Shown here: positions 26,950 through 39,442 of the stretch, piece by piece
Position numbering within the stretch: the stretch's first letter is position 1
How the letters are laid out: every line of letters begins with the position of its first letter
Assembly: GCA_976551045.1 (NCBI GenBank)
Contig: CDPCPM010000061.1
Span: forward strand, 4,216,001-4,280,000
Source of the DNA: Glaucostegus cemiculus
Taxonomy: Eukaryota
Reading direction: 5' to 3'
DNA: 64,000 nt
The notes under the pieces: model-generated
Databases searched by the model: none
What the model saw: the letters and a program-made list of their open reading frames with translations, nothing else
Told to the model about the DNA's origin: nothing
Translations under genes and position numbers: made by a program

Positions 26950-29626
26950 CAGAATCAGAATCAGTTTTATTGTCACAACCATATACATACATGGTACGCA
27001 TAGGAGCGAGATACCGTCCTCCACAGGAACACGTCTCATAGAAAAGAATAACATAACAACCAACAGAGAGACACATACACACTTGGCAGAATACACAGTA
27101 CAAAACATTACTCATTAGTTCTTACATAAATAGATCTTAAAGTGAACGGGCTGGTGTCAGGCATTTAAAGTGCTGGTGCATTTCTGTGCACCTAGCATCT
27201 CCTAGTGTTAACAAAGGAAGATGGAGGGATGAGAGAGTTTGCAGTTCTTATGGCTTGCGGAAAGAAGCTATTGTTCAGCCTGGACGTTCTTGCCCTGATA
27301 CATTTAAGCCTCCTCCCTGATGGCAAAATTGTGAAGAGGTGGTGGGAGGGGTGAGAGGGGTCGGCCATTATGCTTTTTGTCTTCCTCACACAACGGTCTT
27401 TGTATATGTCTGCGAGGGATGGAAGCGAGACACCTATGATCCACTCCGCAGCCTTAACTATCTTCTGGAGGGACTTCCGCCCAGCAGCTGAGCAGCTTCC
27501 AAACCAAACAGAGATACATTGAGTTAGGATGCTCTCAATGGTCCCCCTGTAGAAGGATTTCATGACTGAGGGGTGTGGGTACGCCTTCCTCAGTCTCCGC
27601 AGGAAGTAGAGGCGTTTCTGAGCCTTCTTCGTGAGGGCCGTAATGTTAGTGGACCAGGTCAGGTCGTCGGTGATGTGCACCCCCAGGAACTTGGTGCTGC
27701 GTACTTGTTCCACAGCAGACCCGTTGATGGTCAGCGGGGCGTGCACACGATGACCCCTCCTAAAATCCACTATCATCTCCTTGGTTTTATCCACGTTCAA
27801 GGAGAGGTTGTTGTCATGGCACCACACAGCTAGTTGGTTCACCTCCTCTCTATAGTCCGACTCATCGTCATTCGTAACAAGACCCACCACTGTCGTGTCA
27901 TCGGCAAATTTAACAATGCGGTTGGAGCTGAATCTGGCCTCACAGTCGTGGGTCAACAAGGTGAACAGGAGCGGACTGAGCACACAACCCTGAGGGGAGC
28001 CAGTGCTCAGTGTGATGGTGCTTGAGGTGTTTTCACCAATTTTGACTGACTGTGGCCTGCCAGTTAGAAAATCCAGTATCCAGTTGCAGAGAGGAGTGTT
28101 GATGCCCAGAGCGCTCAACTTCCTGATAAGCTGTTGTGGGATGATGGTATTGAAAGCGGAGCTGAAGTCAATGAATAGCAGCCGGCAGTATGAGTCCTTC
28201 TTCTCTAAGTGATGTAGTGCAGAGTGCATGGCAGAGGAGACTGCATCATCGGTGGACCTGTTTGCCCGATAAGCATACTGATGAGGATCCAAGGATGGGG
28301 GGAGGGAGGCTCTAATGTGCTTCATAACTAGCCTCTCAAAGCATTTCATGACAATCGGTGTTAGGGCTATAGGACGGTAGTCATTCAGACACTTTGGAGG
28401 AGACTTCTTGGGAACAGGTATGATGGTGGCAGATTTTAGGCACTTAGGAACAACAGCCTGCTGTAGGGAGATGTTGAAGATGTCAGCCAGTACATCTTTA
28501 AGCTGGTCCGCACAGTCCCTGAGTATCCGCCCTGGTATGTTATCCGGTCCCGCAGCCTTCCGAGGGTTAACCTGTGAAAGGGCTTTCCCCACAGTGGCTG
28601 GGGTAAGTCTCAAAGCCTGTTCTTCTGGCGAAGGCCGGGCTTTCGAGGCAGGTGTGTGGTTCATGGCCTCAAACCTTGCATAAAATTCATTCAACTGGTC
28701 TGGTAGGGATGAGTCCCCATCACAAACCTGGGGTGGAGCTTTGTAGTCAGTGATGACCTGGATTCCCTTCCACAGGCGCCTCGCATCCTTGTCATTGGTG
28801 AAATTATTGTTTATCTTTTCTGCGTATAGTCGTTTTGCCTTTTTAATACCCCAAGACAGGTCTTTCCTTGCAGACTTCAGAGCTTCCTCATCCCTCGCCC
28901 TGAAAGCTGCATCTCTAGTACGCAGCAGACAGCGAACCTCCCCAGTCATCCAGGGCTTCTGATTTGCCCTCACTGTAGTCACTTTGTCCACAGTTACATC
29001 CTCAATGCACTTCCTGATGTAGCATAGCACAGAGTCTGTATACTCTTGGATGTCAATGTGGTTGTCCTGAGTGGCTGCCTCTTTGAAGGTGTTCCAGTCC
29101 GTAGTTTCCAGGCAATCCTGTAGGGCTAAGACTTTGCCCTCAGGCCAAACCCGAGTCAGTCTCTTGACTGGTTTGTTCAGTTTCACCCGAGGTCTATATG
29201 CAGGCTTAAGCAAAATTGTGATGTGATCCGATGAACCCAGGTGAGGGAGGGGGCATGCTCTATATGCCTCCTTCACACTGGTGTAAACCTTATCCAGTGT
29301 ACTATTCTCTCTGGTCGCGAAGTTTATGTGTTGGTGAAACTTAGGCAGGACTGACTTTAGATCTGCGTGGTTGAAATCCCCCAATACGATGAAGAATGCA
29401 TCAGGAGGAGCGGTCTGTTGTTTGCTGATGGCATCATATAATTCGTTCAGTGCCTCTCTAGCATTTGCACTGGGAGGGATGTACACCACCCCCATTATAA
29501 TACTTGTGAAGTCCCTTGGCAGATAGTATGGACGACACTTTAAGAACAGAGACTCCACTATAGCTGAGCAATGTTTATAGACAACCACAACATCCTGGCA
29601 CCATGCCTTGTTGATGTATACACAGT
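26950..29626 (-). mobile_element. Rex1/Babar-clade non-LTR retrotransposon, 5'-truncated, young
   Basis: Open ORF with APE and RT motifs. 3' end is AATAAA plus (GATTCT)n tail, seen as cagaatcagaatcag at 26950. Candidate 5-bp TSD ATCCT at 26945-26949 and 29627-29631. Splits a CR1 3' end. Confidence 0.92.
27192..29588 (-). CDS. Rex1/Babar ORF: partial apurinic-like endonuclease plus reverse transcriptase (798 aa, no true start codon)
   Basis: APE motifs VYIPP, LGDFN, LDKVY, SSDH. RT motifs [45 protein letters not shown]. Rex1-typical CRPYYLPR. Frame extends upstream to CVYINKAWC at the truncation point. Confidence 0.92.
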   Translation of the reverse strand: MVVYKHCSAIVESLFLKCRPYYLPRDFTSIIMGVVYIPPSANAREALNELYDAISKQQTAPPDAFFIVLGDFNHADLKSVLPKFHQHINFATRENSTLDKVYTSVKEAYRACPLPHLGSSDHITILLKPAYRPRVKLNKPVKRLTRVWPEGKVLALQDCLETTDWNTFKEAATQDNHIDIQEYTDSVLCYIRKCIEDVTVDKVTTVRANQKPWMTGEVRCLLRTRDAAFRARDEEALKSARKDLSWGIKKAKRLYAEKINNNFTNDKDARRLWKGIQVITDYKAPPQVCDGDSSLPDQLNEFYARFEAMNHTPASKARPSPEEQALRLTPATVGKALSQVNPRKAAGPDNIPGRILRDCADQLKDVLADIFNISLQQAVVPKCLKSATIIPVPKKSPPKCLNDYRPIALTPIVMKCFERLVMKHIRASLPPSLDPHQYAYRANRSTDDAVSSAMHSALHHLEKKDSYCRLLFIDFSSAFNTIIPQQLIRKLSALGINTPLCNWILDFLTGRPQSVKIGENTSSTITLSTGSPQGCVLSPLLFTLLTHDCEARFSSNRIVKFADDTTVVGLVTNDDESDYREEVNQLAVWCHDNNLSLNVDKTKEMIVDFRRGHRVHAPLTINGSAVEQVRSTKFLGVHITDDLTWSTNITALTKKAQKRLYFLRRLRKAYPHPSVMKSFYRGTIESILTQCISVWFGSCSAAGRKSLQKIVKAAEWIIGVSLPSLADIYKDRCVRKTKSIMADPSHPSHHLFTILPSGRRLKCIRARTSRLNNSFFPQAIRTANSLIPPSSFVNTRRC

Positions 29627-29939
29627 ATCCTAGTGCCTGAATTTGGCCCTAAACCTTTCCTATCCATGTACCTGGCCAAATATCCTCAAAATGTTGTAAT
29701 TGTACCCACCTTTACCACTTTCTCTAGCAGCTCACTCCAAATACACACAAGCTTGTGTGAAAAATGTTGCCCCTCAGGTCCCTTTTAAATCTTTCCCCCC
29801 CCCTCACTTTAAATCTCTGCCCTCTAAGTTTTAGAATCCTCTACCCTGGAGAAGACAGTGGCTATCCACCTTATCCATGCTCCTCATGATTTTATAAACC
29901 TCTATTAGTCACTCCTACACTCCAGGGGAAAAAGTCAGC

Positions 29940-30320
29940 ATCAGAATCAGATTTATTGTCACTGACATATGATGTAAAATTTGTTGTTTTGCAGCAGCAG
30001 CACAGTCCAAAAACAAAATCCATGATTTACAAAAATTAAATAGTGCAAAAAAAGGAATAATGGTGTGGTGTTCATGGATCATTCAGAAATCTGATGGCAG
30101 AGGGGGAAGAAGCTGTTCCTGAATCGTTGAGTGTGGGTCTTCAGGCTCCTGTACCTCCTCCCCGATGGTAGTAACGAGAAGAGGGCATGTCCTGGGTGGT
30201 GAGGGCCCTTAGTGATGGATGCTGCCTTCTTCAAGCACCGCCTCTTGAAGATGTCCTCATTGATGGGGAGGGTTGTGCCTGTGATGGAGCTGACCGAGTC
30301 TACAACCCTCTGCAGCCCCT
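29940..30320 (-). mobile_element. Rex1-like LINE 3' fragment (second family)
   Basis: LQRVVDS..SITGTTLP...DIFKRRCLKKAASI.K.PHHPGHALFSLLPSGRRYRSLKTHTQRFRNSFFP, with (GATTCT)n tail. Confidence 0.85.
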
Positions 30321-32779
30321 TGTTATACCATCCTAGCCTATCCAGTCTCTCCTTGTAACTCAAACCCTTCAGTCCTGTAAATGTTCTCGTAAATCATTTT
30401 TGCACCCTTTCCTGTCTTAACTCTTTCCCCTTAGTTATGTAAATCTTTTCCCTTGAGATATTTACCCATTTTCTTTTGAATGTTAGTTGGATTTGCCTTT
30501 TTTAGACAGTGTATTCCAAATCACAACAACATGTGTAACAAGCAAAACCCATAAATGTTGCTTGTGATCCTTTTCCCTTCTCACCTCTGCCTTTGGTTAC
30601 TGATACTTCAACTGAAAGCAGTTGCTCTGTTAAAGCAGTCTATGATTTTTAAACACTTCTGCTCCATATTTTCTGGTCTCCTATTCATGTTAGGCAGCTT
30701 CTGAAGGTATAGATTAAAATGTACTGCCATTTTCCTGGAAAATAAGAATCAAACAGTGCATATTCTTCAACCAGAAAGTCTATTTCTGAATGTCTAGGCA
30801 CCATTGCCATAACCAACCTCATCCCTTCCCCCCCACCCCAAAGATCCACTTGCCACAAGGCACAGCACCCAAAATAAGATAAGTAATTATAATAGAGACA
30901 CCAGAGACTCCAGATGTTGGAATCTGGAACAAAAACTAAACTGCTGGAGGAACTCAGTGGGTCAGGCAGCATCTGTGGAGGCAAAGAGATGGTTGACATT
31001 TTGGGTTGTGACCCTGCATCTGGACTGAGTACAGAGGGAAGATAGCAGAGAGGTGAGATGGGATTGGCTGGTGATGACAGAGCACCATGTGGATATATGT
31101 TAAGGAATTTGGTGTGCTAACATCTTAAACTTAAATCCAAATTTCTGACTTAAACTGAAAATGCTACCAATCCTAGTGGATTCATTTAGGACTTATTCAC
31201 CAAGGAGAATTTGCTGTTAAAATAGCCTTATCTAAACCAGCAGGGAATTTAGACTGGACCATCCAATAGGTAAGAAAATTAAAAATTTGTAATCAATAAA
31301 ATCTTGAAAATGTTCAGCAAGTCAAATGGAATTTGTGGAGAGAAACAGAATTAATGCTCAAGGCTGGTACTCAGAACTGAAAAATTTGGGATGCAGAGAA
31401 AAGGTTTTAAGTGAATCTAGAAGCAGGGACACATGGGAGGAGAGGAAAGTACAAAAAGAAAGCTCTATGGAAGGAAAGATTATATGACAAGAGGGCTGAT
31501 GCTTTAAAGGCAAAAAGAGCACTGAGCTAAAAGACAATGGGTTGAGAAGCCATAAAAGGCAACAACAAAATCATTGCCAGCAGTTTGTGTCTGGAAAAGT
31601 GGGAGGTGTGGTTAAAATCTGAAAGTGTTGACTACAGTATTGTGCAGAAGCTCTAAAGAGGCTAAACAAAGATGAGATGCTGCATCTTGACCTTTTATTG
31701 AGACGGATTGCAACAGTAAGTAGCCAATGACTAAGGTCAATAGAGAATTAAAATAGTAAATGGCCAAAAACCTCAGGATCCTACTGACAAACTGAACAGA
31801 AGAGTTGAGCAAAATAATTACCTAATCTCTGGTCTCAGTTGAGATCATGTTGTGAGCACTATACTAAATTGAAGGAAATACAGGTAAATTGCTGTTTGAT
31901 GTACAAAATAAGTGCAAGTGGAACTGACTGACCTGACCTGAATTAGTTGTCCTTGTTCTCCTTTTGGTCCATGGGCTGTCATTGGGTGTCTCCTAGAATA
32001 GCCCTTTGGAGCCAGGTCTGTCATTGCATCTTAACTAGTTGGATTTATGGGCACACCAAAGGACCTCAAACTTAGCTCTTCAGTTGTTACACAAGTGGCA
32101 GAAAAGGGCAAGAAGGGAGTGTGCAATGTGGAGCCATGTGCTCATGAATATCACTGCAGTGGTTAAAGGCATACTGCTCACAACTGATCAGTGAGGGAAT
32201 TGCCTTATGTTCATTTTGCAGTCACAAGGCTAATGGGATGAATGGCCTCCCAAGCTGCAACTCTTCCGTCTGCTTGTCCAGGTCTTTTTCCTGTCTAAGT
32301 TCCAGTCATCCACAATCACTGTGCTGGTGCAGTTTTGATCTAATGCTCAGTGCCTGCCACCACTGACAGCCCCAGTCTCTGGAATTCCCTCCCTAAACCC
32401 CTCCACCTCAATATCTCTCCTTGTTTAAGACCATCCCTTAAATCCCATCTGTTTTGGGAAGGTTTCTTCAGTGTCTTGGGAGGTATAACTGTTGAAGCTG
32501 CTGTACAAATCCAATTTGTTGCTTTTTTGGGAATGAGGCAGGTGGTGGCCAGACACCAGGTTGAGGATCACGACTGCGTGGGTCATTCTGGCTTGTCGCA
32601 TGACTGGGGTGATTTCACATCACCAGATGCACTGTTGTGGAGCCAATTCTTACTGCAGCTTGCAATTTTAATGGATCATTAAAGGCACACATTGCTGCCA
32701 AGCCACTAGCCCATACAAGATAAAGCAGCTTCCTGCTGCCAGCCTGAACTGACAGTAATGTCCATCAGCACTGCCTGAG

Positions 32780-33412
32780 TCAGAGAGCAGTACAGCACGC
32801 AGATACAAACCCCTCAGCCCAACCAATCCATACCAATCACAGTGCCTACCCAGCTAATCCCAATTTCCTGCATTTGGCCCATATCCCTTCAAGCCCCTCC
32901 CCTCCCCTCCATGTACCTACCCAAGTGCTTCTGAAATGCTGCTGTACCTGCCTCACCCACTTCCTCTGGCAGCTCATTCCATATACTCAGCCCCCTCCGT
33001 GTATCATCGCTCCCCTTTCTGGGAAGGCCACAACTGTTGGATTGCATTCATTTGTGCACTTACTTCCACTTTAACTTTGTACCAGGAGTCACCCATTGCC
33101 CCTCAGGTCCCTTTTAAATCTTTCCCCTCTCACCCTAAACCTATGCCCCCTAGTTTTGGACTCCCCTATCCTGGGGGGAGAAACTATTATCATCCACCTT
33201 ATCTATGCCTCTCAATTTTAAACACTTCTATAAGTTTGCCCCTCATTCTCCTACATTCCAAGGAATAAAGACCCAGCCTGGCCAACCTCTCCCCATAACT
33301 CAGGCCCTCTAGTCCTGGCAATTTTCTCTGCACTCTTTCCAGTTTAATCATGTTTCCTATAACAGGGTGACCAAAACTGTACATGGTACTCCAAGTGCTG
33401 CCTCACCAATGA
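32780..33412 (-). mobile_element. CR1 LINE 3' fragment
   Basis: IKLERVQRK.PGLEGLSYGERLARLGLYSLECRRMRGKLIEVFKI. Confidence 0.85.
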
Positions 33413-35084
33413 CTGCCTTCATCCAGTAGCATGGAGAAAAATGGTACAGAGGCTGGAAATGTAACTGAACACAGAAAATGCTTGGAAGAAAGGACAGCAA
33501 CTGTGGAGAGAGCAACAAATTCCAGGGTTTAGGTCAATAACCTTTCACAAGAACTGGAAGGAGGAAGGGCAGGAGTGGATGCAGAACCAGGGAAAAATTT
33601 GGTAAAGGGTTGGCAGAGGAGATAGGTCAGAAGATGGAAGAAAAGGGGAGAAATCACATCAAGACATTAAGGAAAATTGACAGGAGAGAGAAAGAACAAC
33701 TAATTCTACTGGTTGGCAAGACTTGGACTGGAGTGCAGTCCAAAAATTAGAGCAATTTTTTGCAAAACACTTACATACTGGGTAAGCTGTTGATTTTAGA
33801 TCACAGTATGGCTCCCAGATCAGCCAACATCTCAGTGAATTGCTGAACAGGCTTGTAGGGACAAATGGCCCAGTGGAACTGCCACAGACAAGATGCTGGA
33901 GGAACTCACCAGGTCAGGCAGCATCTGTGGAGGGAAATGGACAGTCGACTTCTCAGGTTGAGACCCTGCATCTAGACTGAAAGGTAGAGGAGATGGCCAG
34001 TATTAAGAGATGGAGCAAGAGCCGACAAGCAATAGGTGACTCCTGGGACAAGGTTAAAATGGAAGTAAGTGACCGCAAATTAATGCAGTCTGACAGTTGT
34101 GGCCTTCCCAGACAAAAAATGGGGAGCGATGATTTGTCTCAAGAGCAGAAAGGCAAGCTGCAGTGCCACTTACAAATCAGTGCAGTGCCTATGCTGCTCC
34201 TGCCATTTCATGGCCAAACAGCAGTCTGCCCACTTCACCTTAACATCAAGGGAAGGAAAGGTTGCATTTTAATGTATTGAACCACAAGGCAGGAATTAAA
34301 ACTAGAGAAACTGACTGTGTGTCAGAAAGCTGGCTCCTACTCGCTGACTTCTGGATTTAATTCCAGTGTTCAGCTGTGTGTGAACCTCTGGAGGGGTGAT
34401 TTGCCAACTTCAATATGTTAATCTGTCAGTTGCAATGATATTAACTTTTTTTTTTAATATAATTTAATGGAGTGTCCACAATTCAATAGATTCTCTGGAA
34501 CTCACCAGTGGAAAGGAAGATGAGAACATATTGGAACAGAGGATCCAAAGGCATAATAAGCAAACGTGTGAATTGAGTACTGACATTTGCCAGCTGCTTT
34601 CCTACCAACTTCTGTGAAAGGTGTTGATCGTGATACTTGTGCCAAGTGGTTACTTTGACACCTATGTAGGTCTGTCAATATGGTCTCCTCTTTGGAGCAT
34701 TAATCAGATGTTGCCACTGCTTTTGCTGTTTTTATTTCAATTTCTCATGAGGACCAAGATGTCTAGTGGTATCAGCACAGCAGGCTATTCACAGACCAGC
34801 AGCTCCAAATGACAGCAGCTCCTGGGAGATCACTCCCAGCACCTGCAGGAAGTGGATAGGTTTCTCAAACCTCTCAGGACACCAGTGTCCCGGGAGCTCA
34901 GGGTGCCATGGCAGATCGTGGCAGCTTGCTGGAATGGGATCTGCTGCCAAGTGGATCTCATGGACACTGTTTACTTTCAACCAGCCATATCATCACTGTC
35001 GTTTTACACCAGCTCAGCCTCAGCTCAAGGCTCTGAAAGCAGCAAACCCAGAGCACTTTATAAAGTTACATTAAAACTGACCAA

Positions 35085-36018
35085 ACACAAGCAAAATTTT
35101 AATATACAGAGCACAAATAATATGACATTATGAAATTACCAAAGATTATGATGGAAAATACTACAAACTGTTGTATACTAATTTAACCCCTGTACCTTAC
35201 ACAGCCCTAAGGTTAACTGTAGTCTATGAAATACAAATCATGTGTACCTCTGTATAAGTAATAAACTCTGTCCACAGTTCCCTTCTAAGTTTAGTAAAGT
35301 TTGTCCTGAACCCCACCTACTTCATTGTGCAAATATCTCATCTGTGCAAATTTAATAGATACAAACACCCTCCTTGATGATACTGTCTTCATCCCATTTG
35401 TCCTGAGCTGTACAATGTAGGAATATTTGATATTCAACTGCCAGCACAATAAAAATGCTCCGTTGGGGAAAAGTTTGAGCTTATCAGCATTGAAAGGTTG
35501 AGTCACACTCTTGTGGTGATTCTAATGTTTACCACTTCTAATGATTGCAGGGGACTGGAGCTGCTGTACGCAAGCCATCTTGTTATTTAGGTGCCGACTT
35601 GTAATTTTCTGGTGACATTACTACCTAGCAGGGGTCCAGAGAAAAGCCTGTGTTTACACACACAAATTCTTCACAATTTCCTTTCAAGTCATAGCCTGTT
35701 TGAAAAGTTCAGCACAGACCTGGATTCCTTAGAGCATGCTGGGAAAGAAGTCAATTTTGGTCCACTATGAGTTAAGTATTTCTGGAAGTATCTGAATACA
35801 CCACAAGTAATATAAATACAAGCAGTACAAATAATATGACATCAGACATTTTATGAAAGTGGTAAAATATGATGGGAAATACCACAAACTGTTGTGCATT
35901 AATTTGACCACTCCCTTGCACCTTATACAGTTTTAAGCTTTAACTTGAATCTATGACATACAATCACACATACCTCTCCTTAGACTTTACAGACAAAGGA
36001 TTCTGTTCACAGTTCCCT
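35085..36018 (+). repeat. Diverged ~200-bp direct duplication (35085-35283 vs 35801-36018)
   Basis: Shared colinear blocks acaaataatatgacat, tatgatgg.aaatac.acaaactgttgt, tctatga.atacaa, ctgt.cacagttccct. Confidence 0.75.
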
Positions 36019-37075
36019 AACCACTGTGCCTTTCTTTTCTGGGCTCCACTGGAAATATTTGCAGGATCTGGCAGTTCTTGGGCTGGGTAGCTTGTTTGCT
36101 AAGGCCTGTTTCCTGTTTTTTTAATAACAGATTTATTAACCTATTTACAAAATTTAGGTAACCTTCAGATTAAAATATTATCAGAGTCATGCAGGATGCA
36201 GTCCAGCCCCTGCAGAACCCAGTAATCCTGGAAAGGCTTCAGAGGACCATGGGACACTGCATGCTCCCTCTCCAAGGACACTCACATACAGGCATATTTT
36301 CAGGAGAGAGGCAGGCAGTTGGCTTGAACAGAACCTTCACCATCTTGCTACCTGGACATGTAAATGGCTACTGTGGTCAGGTCCAAGAGTAGACAGATCA
36401 GAAGGACCCTTTCCCTGTAATGATACCTGTCAGTGTCACAATGTTGATTGAAGAGCAAACTCACAGAGAACCCAAATGCAGCACACTGGTACAAGACTGG
36501 AGTCAGGATACTTCCTCAGGACCAAACACAGGCAGCAACTGGAAGGAAATCTTGCCTCAGAGGTCTGAGTGGTTATCCCAACACAAACTGAATCTTCAAG
36601 CAGGACTAGAGAACACAGGACTGCTCTGGAGTAGACCACTCAAAGCAGCTAGGAGCCAAAGTATACCTGAAGGTTGACCAATCCTCTGGCAACTAGTGCT
36701 AGAGGAACCCAGGTACTTATGCTAGGCCCCTGATGGGGCTCAGGTGTGTGTCATTGTGCAATCAGTCCAGCATGGAATCCATGTGCTGTACAACGAGGCA
36801 TCTAAGGAACCAAATCAAGGGCCAGTGCTCAGAATCATGACAGTCAGGTTCACAACTGTGGCTGATGTCCCGCCAGGGGAGAGTGTCATCAGAGGACACT
36901 TACCCATCATTGTGCAACCACAAAACTGAGCAAGATCCTCAGACAGCTGTAATTCTGCTTTTGTTCTCCAACATTCCACTTTCCTTGATCTCTTTCCACA
37001 CCAACCTACCAGCTCACTGCCCAGGGATGAGGGGCGTCTGCTAGAGATGCTCAGCAAGTCTGGAGAGGGAAGCAA

Positions 37076-37110
37076 AATTAACATTTCAAGTCGATGACCT
37101 TTCATCAGAC
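37076..37110 (-). ncRNA. Hammerhead-like motif, second family (stem I disrupted in this copy)
   Basis: - strand reads CUGAUGA-A-AGGUC-AUC-GACUU-GAAAU-GUU-AAUU. Confidence 0.5.
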
Positions 37111-39442
37111 ATGATCTGACCCGTCGAGAATTTCCAGCATCGTCTGTTTTATTTCACATTTCCAGCATCGGTATTATTTTTGTGTGTGTATGCCCACTTA
37201 AAATGTGCTTGATAACAGTTGTGAGGACCCAACCAATGAAGCCCTGGAATAATTGAAAACTACATGTCTCGTTGAGCTTGTCGAAGGTGGGCAGGGCAGG
37301 CACAAGCAGCTGCTGCAACTCGTGCAGTCATTGAGCAGGGTACGACTGCAGCAAAGGCTGTGCAAGGGACTGTCGGGTTTCAGCTGCACTGTGTATGTCC
37401 GCTGTGGCACAGTTGTTGGTGAAGGAGAGGAACTGAAGGGGTGAGAAGCAACCCTTCACACCCAGTTGTCAGATGAGCAGACCAGAGGAACCTGAGTGAA
37501 CCTGCAACATTCTGAGTTGACGTAAGCACTCCGTTCTACCTCCTCCTTGTCGACAGAGTTGTCCAAAGAGACTCGGCTTCTCCTGCAGGTCCAGTTTTTG
37601 ATCCTGTGCAATGTTGTTCAGAGGGTACAAGGAATAACTGAGATGGCCCATACAGGCCTGTCAGCCTCCTCTGCCAATCAATCACATCATGTCTGTGCCT
37701 CGTCCATTTTCCGGGCTGATCTTCATATTCCCAACACATCCACAGCCCACTGGGGCAGAGAAATCCCAAAGGTTTTACTGTGTGGGAAGAGGCTTCTCCT
37801 CATCCCAGTCCTGACTGACTGATCCTTTTATGCCACGACTACCTGAACCAACAACAAAGTGAAAGAGCCGCTCAGCATCTACACTGCCTTTCACACACTC
37901 TCCACTCCAGTTCCTGCCTCCACCATCTGCTCTTAGTCCCTTGTTATGTATGAGTCACCAGGTGAAAACCCAGCCACCTTGAATGTTCCCAGCTAGAGAA
38001 TATGCTTAGCGTCTTTCTTGAAGGGTATTTACATGAACCAGTTCGACTTTTATGAAAATTTTAAGCTGCTTTTACTTTTTTGCTGGAGCCATTTCACTGG
38101 TTAATCAGATTAGAATTTGCCATGGCACAATCCAGCCTCTTAACCTGTAGTTTGCTAATTCTATAGTTCCCCAGTAAGGATCATAATATTTTATTTATAT
38201 TAATGTGAATCTATGTTACTTCCTCCAGGAATAAAGGACACAGTCTCACTCCAAAGTTCATGACCTCTAGAGAGATCTCGCAGAACAGCCTAAAAAATTG
38301 TCTTCATTACCACTGTAGTGTCAACACTAATTAATTCTGTGCAATTTTCGCCACTTGAGCATGATAAAGGCTGCTGTAAATCTCCTGTGAGTCCAATGGA
38401 GCCAATTGTTGCCTAGAGCTCTCTTCATATCCACAATAATTGTAAAGCCAACTATTTTCCTAGTGCTCCAGTGGTCTTTTCAGATTGATGTTTACTGGAA
38501 TCAATTATTAAGATATTTAAATTGCAAGAGAATATTGGCAGGAAGGAACAAAAAATCAAAATGTTCTGCCTGAAGTAATTTTGAGTTATTCTCTGCACTG
38601 CACAAAGAGAATGACAGCCACAAACCGAAATGTCATGTTCCACTTACATAAAAAAATAATAATTATGCATCTCTTTGGCTTGATTAATGGCAGTGTGGTC
38701 ATTAGGAAAGCAGCCCATGGGGGTGTATCACCAATAGAGTTCTACATCACTGCAGGGTCACACCACATGTGAGGCATTAAAATGTGTCCATCCGTCAGGA
38801 AAGTGACTAGACCATTCAGCCCCTCGACTCTGGTTTCTGTTTCAGTAGTTAGATCGTGACTGCTTTGCTTCTGTGTCAGTTTTCTCCTTAACCTCTTATA
38901 CTGTAGACAAACACGAAACTCACTGACATCTCACTCTTGAAACCTCCACATGTTCATATGTCCCAAGGTGCTTCATAGGAGTGTTAATCAAACAAACTTT
39001 GGCACTGAGCCACCTGTTTTCATTTGCTTTCACAAGCAAAGTTAATTGCAACATTTAGTTCTGTAAAAGGACCGACTACAAGACAGCACAAGGTGGATCT
39101 GCTCCACGTGCATCAGTCTGCCTGTCACTGACAGTGACTAAGTGCTTCTGTCTAACTTCTGTTGGACTAAGTATTTGTTTCCTCGGCTCTGCAGGAGAGA
39201 CCTCCAATTAAAGATTATTCTCAAGCAGTACAACCTTGTCCAGGATGGAAACTGCAGCGGGTACACAAAGGCTGCAGGATTTGGGATCCCCAGATGGAGG
39301 AGAGAGGTTGATAACCAGGCAGTAAAGAATTGTTATCTGTAGAAGCATTAGAGGGGATTTAAGGAACATTTTATTTACCTAAACTCTGGTGGAAGCAGAA
39401 CTTCTCATTCCATTTAAAAAGTATCAGAAAGAGCCCCTCACA

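Larger units (their letters stand above)
26866..30412 (-). mobile_element. CR1 3' fragment split into three pieces (26866-26949, 29627-29935, ~30325-30412) by two Rex1-type insertions
   Basis: The pieces join into a continuous CR1 3' end like 15241-15850 and 32780-33412. MSYKERLDRLG remnant at 30330-30363. Confidence 0.75.

Noticed and set aside
27192-29588. Domesticated host RT gene
   Set aside because: No start codon, 5' truncation inside the endonuclease, LINE tail, TSD and a sister copy all indicate a recent TE insertion.
34600-37860. Possible decayed L1/Tx1-like ORF2 on the - strand (e.g. FLQVLGV)
   Set aside because: Motifs are too weak to support a call without a profile search.
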